In this document: positions 28,379 through 41,640 of the stretch, piece by piece
Layout: each line of letters starts with the position of its first letter
Position numbering within the stretch: the first letter of the stretch is position 1
From: Octopus vulgaris
Lineage: Eukaryota
Direction: 5' to 3'
NCBI GenBank assembly: GCA_951406725.2
Contig: OX597832.1
Coordinates: forward strand, 10,230,001 to 10,294,000
DNA: 64,000 bases
Notes under the pieces: generated by a model
Told to the model about the DNA's origin: nothing
The model's database searches: none
The model's input: only the letters and a program-made list of their open reading frames with translations
Program-made: the position numbers and the translations under genes

Positions 28379-29224
28379 GGAATTTTTTCGCGCACTTCTA
28401 CATCATTTTTGTTTTAAAGCTTCATCGCTCTTTGATTCTTTAGAGCGATTTCTCTAAATAAAACAGTATTCTCCGTTGTATTTTATTTTTACTATTGAAC
28501 TGCCTTATATATTAATTTCTTGGGCAGAAATATGTTTTTAATAATTTTTGATAATTTTAGATATTTAAAAATACCTTTTGTATTCGTACTTTTATTTAAT
28601 TACCTTTGTGTATTTATGAATTTCTTGAAATCTATTTCCATTACATACTATTTTTATCTTTGTGCTTTATATCCAACTTCTTTTCAATGCATTACTTGTC
28701 TTTCTTTGATAAATATATCTATGGCGTATATATATCTACTATTCTCCACTTCATTACATGTGCTGAGCATTTCACGTTCAGAACTCATTCATTCCTAACT
28801 AACATAGTACCCGTACATTTTTGTTATTAATAAGTTATAAAGAAGAGTGATTGCCTGCATAACGTCTTTTAAATTTGTCTTCACATACATCGATGTAAAT
28901 TTAGAAACAAGTACCTTTTGTAGGAGTACTGTTGTGACGTCGGCTTCATAAACAACTGCGTTTATTTAACAGGCTTGGTGAAGTGGACAAGCTTTAGGAA
29001 CCGGTTACAACTGGGAGTGCGCTTTCGTGAAATGCGCATTATGAATCCCTTCGTTTTAGGCCAAGGAAAGGCAGAATTTCTTTCTGCGCGTCTATTAAAA
29101 AATCTTTCTGTACACGTTACAAGAAAACCTGAAGTTTTTTCTGCCCCTTCTCTCTCTTTGTATCTCCCTTTCTCTCCCTCTATCTATATCTATATTTATA
29201 CACACACATACATACATACATACA

Positions 29225-29258
<34 letters not shown>

Positions 29259-29269
29259 CATATATATAT

Positions 29270-29323
<54 letters not shown>

Positions 29324-29411
29324 CGGAGTAAACACATAAATGTGAAACAAGGTGGAAAAAAGAGTACATATATATATATATGTATATATACATATATATA
29401 CATATATATAT

Positions 29412-30400
29412 ATTAGATCACTCTATCAAAACCAAGAGGCTACTGTACGGATACCATATGGCGACAGTGATTGGTTTGAGATTGGAAAAGGCACACGGCA
29501 AAGTTGCATCCTGTCACCAGCAGTCTTCAACACGTACGATGAAAAGGTCATGAGGAATGCAGGCCTGGAGGATAGCAGCATTGGAGTGAGGATTGGAGGA
29601 CGAAATATTAATAACCTTCGCTATGCAGATGATTCAAACCTGCTGGCGGAGAATGGTAAGGATCTGGAGGATCTTGTCCTGCTGGTCAAGAAAGAGAGTG
29701 AGAAATTCGGGCTGTACCTCAATGTTAAGAAAACGACAATCATGTCAACAGCAGCCACAACAAACATCAGCATCGAGATCGTTAATGAAGACATCGAAGT
29801 GGTTGATGATTTCATCTTCCTTGGCTCCACAAAAAAAAAGATATGGTGAAAGCACTCCAGAAATAAAACGGCGGATAGTACTAGGCAGAGAGGCAATGGT
29901 CAGCATGAGCAGGGTCTGGAAGAGTAGAGACATCAGACTCGCTACCAAATGCAGATTGGTGAATGCAAGTGTCTTCCCAATAGCAACATATGGATGCGAG
30001 ACCTGGAGACTAAAGAAAACTGACCAGAACAGAATTAATGCATTCGAGCTTTGGTGTTGGAGAAGGCTTTTACGGATTCTATGGACAGTGAGGCTCACAA
30101 TGGAGAAGTTCTTAAGCAGATAAGGCCGAAAATGTCGCTAGGAGCTAGGATCACCAAGCATAGATTGGCATATTTCGGTCATATTATGCGGAGAAAATCC
30201 CTGGAGAAGGACATCATGCTCGGAATGGTCAGTGGCAAGAGAGTAAGATGCCGACCAAGAACCCACTGGTTTGACACCATCAAGAGTGATACCGGAATGG
30301 ACATAACCAATCTGAGAGAAGCGGCCCAGGATAGAAATGACTGGAAGACACTAATCCAACGAATGACCGATAGTCGACTTCGACTGAGCGGATAGAGAGA

Positions 30401-30403
<3 letters not shown>
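29412..30403 (+). mobile_element. 5'-truncated RTE-clade LINE (RT C-terminal half) inside (TA)n
   Basis: GTRQSCILSPAVFN, INNLRYADD, GLYLNVKKT, FIFLGS, ATYGCETW, FELWCWRRLLRI, YFGHIMRR; frameshifts near 29840 and 30100; stop at 30393-30395. Confidence 0.93.
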
Positions 30404-30449
<46 letters not shown>

Positions 30450-30784
30450 ATCTAAAGAATTCTACTTCGTATAATATATACTCACCTGTAACTATGATTC
30501 ACTAGGACTCAACAAATACAACATTTGCAATTAAAGCATAAGATATGCTTCACTAGTGGAATATGCAGAAGTAATTCGTGAAAATAAAGTTGCGTTGTAA
30601 GCTCTTATATTAATTTTGTGATTATATAGGTATATACATGGAGTCACAATCTGTCATCGAAAGACATCTGAATGCCTATAGAAAGACCATTTACTTATGC
30701 TATTTATACACAGTTATATAAGAACACAGAGAAAATGGATGTGGCAGAAAATACACAGAAGACATATTTAAATATGTGTGTGTA

Positions 30785-30866
<82 letters not shown>

Positions 30867-32779
30867 TGTGTGTGTATGTGTGTGTGTATGTGTGTGTTTG
30901 TGAATATATATCTGTGTGTATGTGTGAGTATGTGTTTGCGCAATATAATTTCTCCATTACTTTATCAACGTCCATTTTGATATGCCGTCTTTCTTGAGTT
31001 TTAACCAAATAGTTACACCGTTTATATCGTAATGATCACATATGAATTTGCTTAAGCTTATGCAATGATAATAGTATAGCGTATCATTGTGATAATATGA
31101 CATAAATCCACTTGTGTTATTAAAGAGTTGTCAAATAGTAAGTTGAAGTTTTAAGTTTGATGTGGTAGGCGATATGTTTAAAAGTAAATTACTTCCTTCT
31201 GAAATACATGTATTAATTTCTACGAACAACTCAGTACTGAAGGGTAAGGAATTCGAGTGAATTGAGTCGGTATGCAACTGCATGTATTTTCTCATATCTC
31301 CAAATGTTTAGAGGAATATATTATATAACTTGTTGCCCTCTATCATGCGTAATCATATTACAATTGTTTCAAATCACATTTTATTATTACAATTCTTCAG
31401 AATTTCATATTCATTGTTAAATGTGAAATCCAATTTAGAAAACATATCAACGTTATTTAATTCCTAATCTCAGAGGAAGCCCAACATATACTTTCATTCG
31501 TGTCGAAAAAATGAACAAAATTTTGCTAGCAAATGCACAGCTGAAATTTAAGATAAATCTATGCGCCTTCATAGTTCTCCTCATACAATCACTTCCAAAT
31601 TAACCACCTGATTCTAGTTCAGATTTAGCTCTTGCATTTCTGGCAAAGGATACATGCAACATCAGGGAATATATGGATCCAAATATAACAATTTAACAAT
31701 AGAACAATCCCCAAATTTGCTCTTCAGTGCGTTAACCATAAGAACCACACTGGGATTAATTTGTATGAGAGCTTCTAAAACAAAGATTCTGAAATATTGT
31801 GCTCGTTATTTATAAAAGTATATAAATTTAGATATGTATTATTTGCTCATAAATTAATATGATCAATGTTATCCAGCCTCATTATATAGTAAGCACGATG
31901 TTGCGCAGGTCACATATATGTTACTATCATGCTATCTTTACTACTATTTCATGGCATTTTATTTCTAATTTGTTACACACATATACAAATACAAACATAC
32001 ACATACCACCGTCAACAGTAACAACATACACCGACGCACAAAATAACACGTATATATAAATATATAGTTCAATGTGAATAAGTATGTATTACGTATAGAA
32101 ACAGACCTACATAAGTAGCACATAATTCACACTGTAAATTGGTTTGGTTTAGGATGGGAACCCTGTAAGAACCAAACTAAATCGGTCTTTGTTGCTTGGC
32201 GCTGACCTTTCTCTCACAAACGTGCGCCATACCATCATCGAAGATGAACATTAAAAGATGATGATGTTGATGATGTTTATATATACATACATGCATACTT
32301 ACTCGCACACAAACACGCACAAATACACGCACACCCTCCCAATTACACATACACATACTCGTACATGAACATGCTTACTGTAATACATACTCCATTATTA
32401 GTTGTTATGAATATTCATGCATTTTGAGATACATTTAGAGGATTTCAAAAGAAGATGGAGTGTGAACACCATAAACAAATTATGATATATAGCACATTAT
32501 AGTAAATATTGTTTATGTAATTTGCTAATTATTCGGTAATAAGCTATGAACGTTTTTAAATTAAAGATGAGGAACCTTGAAATAAATTAAGATATAAGCG
32601 TAAGAAACAGTGGCATATTTGTGCATTCAAAGCTTAATTGCTATTTTAATTACAAGTAATTGCATTGGGTCCTTCAAATATATGTCTATTATTTTCACAA
32701 GACACACCTCTGTATTTTTGCAAGCCATTAACTCTTTCATGATGATCATAATAATTTAATATTGTTATTTATAATATTA

Positions 32780-33219
32780 CTAGCAGCATAGCCCGGCGTT
32801 GCGCGGATATGTAAGAGCCCCTAGTAGGCAACGACTAATCCCAATCTAGTCCTTTCCCTCTAGGGAACGAAGGCGCATGTGTAGGTTGCAATGTCTTCTC
32901 TTCACTCGAATACTTCTGTGTATACGATGTTCCTAGCTGTCCCTTTGGGCGATAAAATGGTCGAGTTGTGTACCCTAGACAGAAAATGTGTTGCATATAA
33001 AAAGCTTAGATTCTCGACCCCATGTCAAAATTTATTGATTTTTTCAGAACTGGGGGAACTTTTCAAAATTTTCGCTGCGTTAGTTTTGAATTATGACATT
33101 GGGCTATGTGTGTGTCAAGTTTCATCTGAATCGGTTGAAAGCCGTGGTCAGGGTGAGGGTACAACCTAACAGACACACAGACACACAGACAGACAAACTG
33201 CTGTTTATATATAGAGAGA
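32780..33219 (-). mobile_element. Non-autonomous Helitron, 440 bp
   Basis: Minus strand starts A|TCTCTCTATATATAAA, has internal TCTG/TG repeats, and ends with GC-rich hairpin ccgcgcaacgccggg then CTAG|T; inserted between A and T with no TSD. Confidence 0.82.
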
Positions 33220-33821
33220 TGACTGAAACCAATATTTCTGAAGACCTATATTGTCCATGCTTTTATGAAAGTATATACTAGCGTGTAAACAATATTTAGA
33301 CAAAGCAGTTTATAAAAGCTAGTAATAGTATCACTAATATTATTAGTGGGAATAAGTATTGACTTTGGAATATTTGTTTAATATTTGCTTGTAATGGGTA
33401 TTTTATGAATAGAATATTTACGAAAATGAGCAATTCCATTACGGATTTCTCTCTTATTGTTTAACTTGAATATTTAATTATCTGCAATGAAGCCACATAT
33501 GTATAATGCATTAATGTATAAATATTTTAGAAAAATATTATCATTGAATAGAAGTGCTTACTTTAAAAATATCAACGCCTTAACAGCGGTTCTTATGGTT
33601 CTCAATGAAACCCAAATTCTTTCAGACCGTAAACACAATATGTATTCATTAATTTTGGCTGTTTTTGGATCACTGTAAACAATAAGTCTAACATAAATTA
33701 TAATAAAAGAGAATTATTGCTATTTTTATTCATTGTCTAAATCTCAGGTACAGGATTTTAAACGGCCCGGAGTTTCACTTATGGATTAGTCAATAACAAG
33801 TTGACAAGAATCTCTGTATGT

Positions 33822-33940
33822 AAGGCAGAATTGTTAGCACGCCGGGCGAATTGCTGAGTGTTATTTCGTCTACCGTTACGTTCTGAGTTCAAATTCCGCC
33901 GAGGTCGACTTTGTCTGTCATCCTTTCGGAGTCTATAAAT
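33822..33940 (+). mobile_element. SINE family B fragment
   Basis: ggcagaattgttagcacgccgggcgaa...gagttcaaattccgccgaggtcgacttt. Confidence 0.8.
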
Positions 33941-34357
33941 TTATTATCATTATTATTATTATTAGTAGTAGTAGTAGTAGTAGTAGTATCATTATTATTA
34001 TTATTATCATCATCATCATCATCAGCACCATCACTATTATTGTTGTTCTTGTTGTTATTTTCATATATTAAACAATTGGAAAAGAAAAATCCTAACGTCG
34101 GCTTACAACAAGTAATCTTAGATTCGAAGAACACATCTAATTATCATAGCTGTCCCGAATAACAGCGTTTCTTTACACTGAACTGGATTTTATACCTATT
34201 TCATGTATTCACCTTTTCAGATCTTTAGTCATAATTCATAATGCACCTATAACTTCTGCGATACATTTTACCCGCAGCTTCGATAGTCTCTCTAATTCAA
34301 TAGCTAGGCACAGACACTTTTTTTCTGTATTTATAATATTAATGTCGTTATAATTTA

Positions 34358-35785
34358 GGATTGTAGAATCAATTAGAATAGGCAAAACAAAAGTTTTGTC
34401 TTCCGCTTATTTCGCATAATTTTAGGGTACTGAATCCGAATCTGATATCAGTTTTCAGGCAACACGTGTATTTATTTTTAGTTATTCACAGTATCATATT
34501 TTCCAACCAATTGATAATATTGACAAAGTACTAGGCTATGTGTTTTGGATTTTCATTCATTTACTAGTCACTGAAACAAAACGAAGTGCTGATAGAGGGA
34601 AATGTAGACTACATGTTAAATTGCCACACAAGATAAGAAAATATTTTACTTTGTTATCCGCGTAATTATAGTAAAGTTCTCATCGTTTGACAAAGATAGT
34701 TCTCATGAAGAAATTACTGCATCTACTCCAATTAAAGGCGAATCTAGTGATAAAGCAGATCACCTTGATGAACCAGGATCTTCAAAAACCGTTCCTCACT
34801 TATTAAGTCAACTTGTGTTAAATTATTTAGTTAGATACTCGGATTTAAAAGGACTACTGAGCTCCAGGTTGAAACAATGGAATCTTTAGGATGATGGTGT
34901 AAAATGCTCGCATTTTCGAAACAGCATACAGAAGGGAATTAATTTTTTACAGAGAAATACGGTATTTGTATTTGTTATTATGTTTAAGGACACCTTCGTC
35001 ATATTTGGTACGGCCATAATCCTGACGAGATGAGGCTCTTCATAGATTCCAGCAGAGAAAGCCTTCAAATTTGTTTTGATACGTGATAGCAATCAAAAAC
35101 CTTCAATACCACCAGAACATGCTGTAGAATTTTAGGAAACTTATGAATCAATGGATAAAATTTTGCACTTGATTAAATATCTCGAGCACAAGTGAAATAT
35201 ATGCGTGGATTTGAAAGCTACTGGGTTGATTCTCTGGCTGCAAATGGAGCATGCAAAGTATTGGTGTTTTTTTTTAGCCTTTGGGACAGCAGAGATGACA
35301 AGGATCACTGTGATGAAAAGTGTGCCCAAACAGAAGTGATTTCAATATGGAGAGATACAACGTTAAATATATCCCTTTAGTTGTCCCTCAGAACATTCAT
35401 CTTCCGCCTTGACACGTTAAACTTGACTTGTTTAAGGATTTTGTTATGGTCATGCATGAAAACGGTGAAGGATTCAAATATCTCAGTGTAAAATTTGTGT
35501 CTAGCAAGAGTGAAGCAAAATCAATGCTGGTGTTTTTAATGGGCCAAACATTCGCACATTAATTTATGATGGGACTTTCACCAAAAATTAATCCCAACAA
35601 AGAAACTGCTTGGGAAAAGTGTGTGTCCCTTGTAAAAGATTTTTTGGAAATAGACAATCATTTACATTGTTATTGTGAATATATTTTTTTTTGGAAAGCT
35701 TATAAGCAACTTAGGGCAAGAATGTCTCTAAAAATTCATTTTCTTCACTCTCATCTTGACTTTTTCCATCCAATATGTGTGATAT
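34358..35785 (+). mobile_element. Decayed DNA transposon, Chapaev3(CMC)-like transposase, with internal inversion
   Basis: PHLLSQLVLNYLVR..LLSSRLKQWNL; ETYESM..IC.DLK; LWDSR; MSLKIHFLHSHLDFF. Transposase motifs are clear; the superfamily name is from recall. Confidence 0.75.
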
Positions 35786-35842
35786 GGGCCGACCAAAGCC
35801 CTGTGGGTGGATTTGGTAGACGGAAACTGAAAGAAGCCCGTC

Positions 35843-35896
<54 letters not shown>

Positions 35897-36105
35897 TTGT
35901 GTGTCTGTGTTTGTCCCTCAACATCTTTTGACAACCGATGCCGGTGTGTTTACGTCTCCGTAACATAGCGGTTCGACAAAAGAAACCGATAGAATAAGCA
36001 TTAGTCGTACAATTAATAAGTCCTGGGGTCGATTTGCTCGACTAAAGGCGGTGCTCCAGCATGGGAATAGTCAAATGGCTGAAACAAGTAAAAAGTAAAG
36101 AGTAT
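35786..36105 (+). mobile_element. SINE family C, 5'-truncated, abutting the Chapaev3-like relic
   Basis: Collinear with 39040-39295. Confidence 0.85.
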
Positions 36106-36169
<64 letters not shown>

Positions 36170-37635
36170 CTGTATGCATATATATATGTATGTGTGTGTG
36201 TGTGTACATATACCTTGCATACATACACTTATGAGATATTGCCAAAGCATCTTTGCTCCTTGTGAAAAGGTCAGCCTAAGTTTATAGTATATTATTTGTC
36301 ATTTGTGTAAAATATTCAAATATTTATATACTCGTTAAGTATTATATTTAAATATTCATATACTCCCTATGTATCATGTCGTAAAATCTTAGATCTTAGT
36401 GCCAAATTGCATTGCACGAGAAAGTGGGGCGACTACAGCCAAGACGAATACAAAGAAATCATGTGAGAAGAACCCATTTTAACCCATTAACCCCACTTCT
36501 TTATATTCATTGACATATTAATGGTAATTTTTGTGTGTCTGTTTGGTTCAAGAGAATTTCTGGGGGAAGGGAATTCTGGCATCTACATACTAAGCTGCAT
36601 GTTCATTCGCCCGTTACATTTTGTTAGAGAGGCGGCAGAGAATGAGTAAGAGGTGGAGTAAAAATGAGTGAGACATGTGTGGGAGAGAAATGCGAATAGA
36701 GAAGAAAGAAGAGAGGAGTATACTAAGCGCAAATGCATCATGTGGTTTGTTGCAGGGAAGGGCGAAAAATGAGAAAGAAAGTCGGTGAGAGAAAAAGTGG
36801 GAGAGAGAAGTGTTAACGACATACTGTAGGGTGGGAAGGAAAAGGAAATAACATGGTTAGAAAGATTGTTGATGAGGTATAGAGAGAGAAAGAATTATAA
36901 AGTGCTTAGCAGAGGGAACGTTTGAAATGATATAGCATATTATTTTAACTGGAAGTGAAAAAAATCATAGAAATCATCCTCTATTTCTTAGATAGCTATT
37001 TAATATTTTTCGTTCGGTGGAATTTCCACAAGTCCTGATATTATACATCATATTTTCTTAGTTTTGTGCTTTTACAATAAAATGTTGCGCACAGAACAAA
37101 TTGACTCATGACTATAAGGCTTACTATAAAATTATAACGTGGAGTGAAATCCCTTTTTGATTCTTAAGAAAGAGTATTTTGTTCCATAAAATATATACAG
37201 CATACCATGAAAGCTTTAGAATGTTGCTGCTTTTACCTATAGCGACTTACTTCTTTAGAAATGTTATATATATATATATAGTTTCAAAAATACGCAAAGA
37301 TTACATTTTTCTCCTACGTATATTTTCCAATTGATTAGTCACAACACCTACGTTGTTTTTCAGATCGTTCATGATTGCCATCAGATATTAGACGGCGCCA
37401 TATATAAGTAAAAAACAGATCTCCTAGAGACGCAACATAACCCCAAATCAGCGAATTTCAAGCAGTTTCGTACGTAAACAAAACACCATTTTTAGACTAT
37501 TAAACAACCTTGTGTGCTTGTGTGTATGCGTGTATTTGTGTTTGTATGCATGATTATATATATATACGTATTTATTCATATATATATAAATATGTATACG
37601 TTTCTCTCTCTGTCTCTCTCTCTCTCTCTCTGTTA

Positions 37636-37732
<97 letters not shown>

Positions 37733-37734
37733 TA

Positions 37735-38150
37735 TAATTTCAGATAATATATTATGAATATAACATAACATAAGATAATATTAAATAATTACTAAAAAGC
37801 ACCCAAAAGCAGGGACTTTCTTCAAATTATATACATTATGTGAATTATAAACAATAAATATCCAATTATATAACTGTCTTCAGAGTTTTGATTCAAAAGA
37901 CAGGAAATTCCGTGCGAAAGACGGCCGGGTTGCAAAACTTTCCTGTCCAAATCTGGCAGTCATTTCACACGAAAGTTCGTCTGTCTATTAAACCAAAGCT
38001 CTGAAGTGACCTATATAAATGAATATGAATTGTTTATAATTCAAGTAATGCATATCAGTCGAAACAAGTAGTCGGAGCTTTTGGCCTCTTGAATATTTTC
38101 TTACGTTATACTATATTACATTCATAGTATATTATGTTAAACTATAATAT
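37735..38150. repeat. Diverged ~400-bp inverted repeat with hammerhead-like boxes in each arm
   Basis: 37830-37892 matches the reverse complement of 37991-38056; CTGAAG 38001, GAAAC 38061, GTC 38071. Confidence 0.7.
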
Positions 38151-38726
38151 AAGTAAATTATTAGATTACCCTATGCATCACTCAAAAAAGTACAAGAGAC
38201 CTGTGGCCATTTTTATATGCAAATTGACATGGGAAATCCATTTCTGGCGGCTTTCTTTTTCTTGAATTAGGTATAGCTTCTACAGAAGTGTCACTGAATA
38301 CTCTTTTTTTCATTATTAGAAAAAAATTCTCTACCGCATTGTAAAATAGGTTTCAACCTAGGGCAAGAGACCAATCTTAATAACAACTACACATAGATAC
38401 ATATTGCAAATATATAAACATGTGTGTGTGAGTGTGTGTGTATGTGTGTATTTCGTCTTTGGATGTGGTTTGCAAGTTTCTTTATGCGAGTTCTTGAGTT
38501 CAAGAATATTTCGTTGTATATTTAGTACCAGGTTCAGTATTTGAGACTCTTCCAACATAGAGTAACGCACGAAAAACAATTATATTGTGGCAAAATGAAA
38601 TGAAATAATTATCAAAAAATATTTCCACAGTTTTAAAATGAAAGGGACATTTTTCTTTATTTCATTCTGTCTCTGTCTCACTCTTTTACTTTTCTGGATT
38701 CTAGGTAGGTAGCAGGATTCTTGTCT

Positions 38727-38831
<105 letters not shown>

Positions 38832-38892
38832 ATACCTATATATATATATATATATACACACACATATATATATGAATATATATATATATATA

Positions 38893-38948
<56 letters not shown>

Positions 38949-38950
<2 letters not shown>

Positions 38951-39292
38951 CGCAAGAGTGGCTGTGTGGTAAGTAACTTGCTTACCAACCACATGGTTCC
39001 GGGTTCAGTCCCACTGTAGTGTCTTCTACTATAGCCTCGGGCCGACCAATGCCTTGTGAGTGGATTTGGTAGACGGAAACTGAAAGAAGTCCGTCGTATG
39101 TGTGTATATGTTTGTGTGTCTGTGTTTGTCCTCCCTAGCATTGCTTGACAACCGATGCTGGTGTGTTTACGTCCCCGTCACTTAGCGGTAGAATAAGTAC
39201 TGGGCTTACAAAGAATAAGTCTCGGGGTCGAATTGCTCGACTAAAGGCGGTGCTCCAGCATAGCCGCAGTCAAATGACTCAAACAAGTAAAA

Positions 39293-39295
<3 letters not shown>
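38949..39295 (+). mobile_element. SINE family C (internal microsatellite), near full length
   Basis: ggcgcaagagtggctgtgtggtaag..gggttcagtccc head; ggatttggtagacggaaactgaaagaag; tail ggcggtgctccagca..aaacaagtaaaaga. Confidence 0.85.
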
Positions 39296-39345
<50 letters not shown>

Positions 39346-39787
39346 TCCATATATATATACATATATATGTATACTTATAGTTATGTATGCAGCTATTAAT
39401 GTGCTTATGCATGTATATATTTGTGTATGTATGTACATATAGTTCACAATTTACAGGTAGGACGAAAACTTTCAAAAGGCATGAAGCTGGTGTATTGGTT
39501 TGTCGCTCGTACTGAATGGATAATCTTCGCGGTATTTGTGTCTGTATCATAGATGTATATATTTTATCAGTTTTACTATTTCATTTATCTCAGTGAGACC
39601 ATGATGGGGTACTGCGTTCAATGGTTTAGTCCAACAAATAGACTCCAGCACTTACTATCTTCAAGCCGAGTGCTTATTAAATCATGCACATACGCACACG
39701 CGCGCGCACTCACACACGAATACAAATATGTATATATTAACGAAAGCCCTCTCTTCTGAAAAAACATTTCTTGCCAATATATGTGTG

Positions 39788-39843
<56 letters not shown>

Positions 39844-39895
39844 CATTTATACATATGTTAATATATATGTTTATAAATATATGAATATATGTATT

Positions 39896-39951
<56 letters not shown>

Positions 39952-40069
39952 AATCAAGGAACGGCCATAATAGGCCATTCACCCACTAGAAATAACAGCC
40001 AAAAGCTTTAACCGCAAAATAACATTAATACCGTAAACCAGGAGAAAATTGAAAAACTTTTACCCTGAA

Positions 40070-40176
40070 ATTTCTTAGACGATGCACCGTTTCATCTACC
40101 GTTTAATGGTAAACTAACCTGATTAAATTAAATCAAGCCAATCCACCATAGGCCCTTAGACTCATCAGTAAGAAAT
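40070..40176 (-). ncRNA. Type I hammerhead ribozyme with extended stem II (copy 1)
   Basis: Reverse complement of the 40698-40804 motif. Confidence 0.85.
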
Positions 40177-40697
40177 AGCCAAATCGGAACAGATATTTTT
40201 CACGAGGCATTCCTCTTGCTACCTCGGCAATATCTGACCTAAAATTTTCAAATCATCGCACTCGCGCCAAATTTATCGGCAGCAAATAAACCACCGATTC
40301 CGTTACGGAACTAACCAGAAAATTCATAATTAATCAATATAGGGTGGCAAAAAAATTTTGTAGAATTCTTTTGCCACCAGCGGCAACTAGTAGGAAAAAA
40401 TTAAATAGTCATAAACCATTTTTACGTTCAACATCACAATCAAGGAACGGCCATAATAGGCCATTCACCCACTAGAAATAACAGCCAAAAGCTTTAACCG
40501 CAAAATAACATTAATACCGTAAACCAGGAGAAAATTGAAAAACTTTTACCCTGAAAGGTTTATCGGCAGCAAATAAACCTCCGCTAATCATACAATCATA
40601 AATTTGGCGCGAGTGCGATGATTTGAAAATTTTAGGTCAGATATTGCCGAGGTAGCAAGAGGAATGCCTCGTGAAAAATATCTGTTCCGATTTGGCT

Positions 40698-40804
40698 ATT
40701 TCTTACTGATGAGTCTAAGGGCCTATGGTGGATTGGCTTGATTTAATTTAATCAGGTTAGTTTACCATTAAACGGTAGATGAAACGGTGCATCGTCTAAG
40801 AAAT
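40698..40804 (+). ncRNA. Type I hammerhead ribozyme with extended stem II (copy 2)
   Basis: atttctta-CTGATGA-gtcta...tagat-GAAAC-ggtgcatc-GTC/taagaaat; 8-bp stem I; predicted cleavage after 40796. Confidence 0.85.
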
Positions 40805-41178
40805 TTCAGGGTAAAAGTTTTTCAATTTTCTCTGGTTTACGGTATTAATGTTATTTTGCGGTTAAAGCTTTTGGCTGTTATTTCTAGTGGGTGAATGGCC
40901 TATTATGGCCGTTCCTTGATTGTGATGTTGAACGTAAAAATGGTTTATGACTATTTTTTTTTCCTACTAGGCCGCTGGTGGCAAAGGAATTCTACAAAAT
41001 TTTTTTGCCACCCTATATTGATTAATTATGAATTTTCTGGTTAGTTCCGTAACGGAATCGGTGGTTTATTTGCTGCCGATAAATTTGGCGCGAGTGCGAT
41101 GATTTGAAAATTTTAGGTCAGATATTGCCGAGGTAACAAGAGGAATGCCTCGTGAAAAATATCTGTTCCGATTTGGCT

Positions 41179-41285
41179 ATTTCTTACTGATGAGTCTAAG
41201 GGCCTATGGTGGATTGGCTTGATTTAATTTAATCAGGTTAGTTTACCATTAAACGGTAGATGAAACGGTGCATCGTCTAAGAAAT
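41179..41285 (+). ncRNA. Type I hammerhead ribozyme with extended stem II (copy 3)
   Basis: Same motif 481 nt downstream of copy 2; predicted cleavage after 41277. Confidence 0.85.
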
Positions 41286-41506
41286 TTCAGGGTAAAAGTT
41301 TTTCAATTTTCTCCTGGTTTACGGTATTAATGTTATTTTGCGGTTAAAGCTTTTGGCTGTTATTTCTAGTGGGTGAATGGCCTATTATGGCCGTTCCTTG
41401 ATTGTGATGTTGAACGTAAAAATGGTTTATGACTATTTAATTTTTTCATACTAGGCCGCTGGTGGCAAAAGAATTCTACAAATTTTTTTTGCCACCCTAT
41501 ATTGAT

Positions 41507-41546
<40 letters not shown>

Positions 41547-41640
41547 AATGAGGTAATCAGATCGGATGGTTCATATTTATAGATATTTATTTATATATTA
41601 CATTTTTTACATATATATCATATCATTCAGATCATATCAT

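Larger units (their letters stand above)
39946..41510. mobile_element. Tandem + inverted array of a ~481-487 bp hammerhead-containing unit (retrozyme / pLTR-like) between (TA)n tracts
   Basis: About 1.25 units at 39946-40556, junction 40557-40597, about 1.9 units in the opposite orientation at 40598-41510; copies nearly identical; no ORF. Confidence 0.9.

Noticed and set aside
39946-41510. CRISPR array, LTR pair or satellite interpretation
   Set aside because: No spacers, no TG..CA or PBS, few copies with an inversion; the ribozyme repeat explains it better
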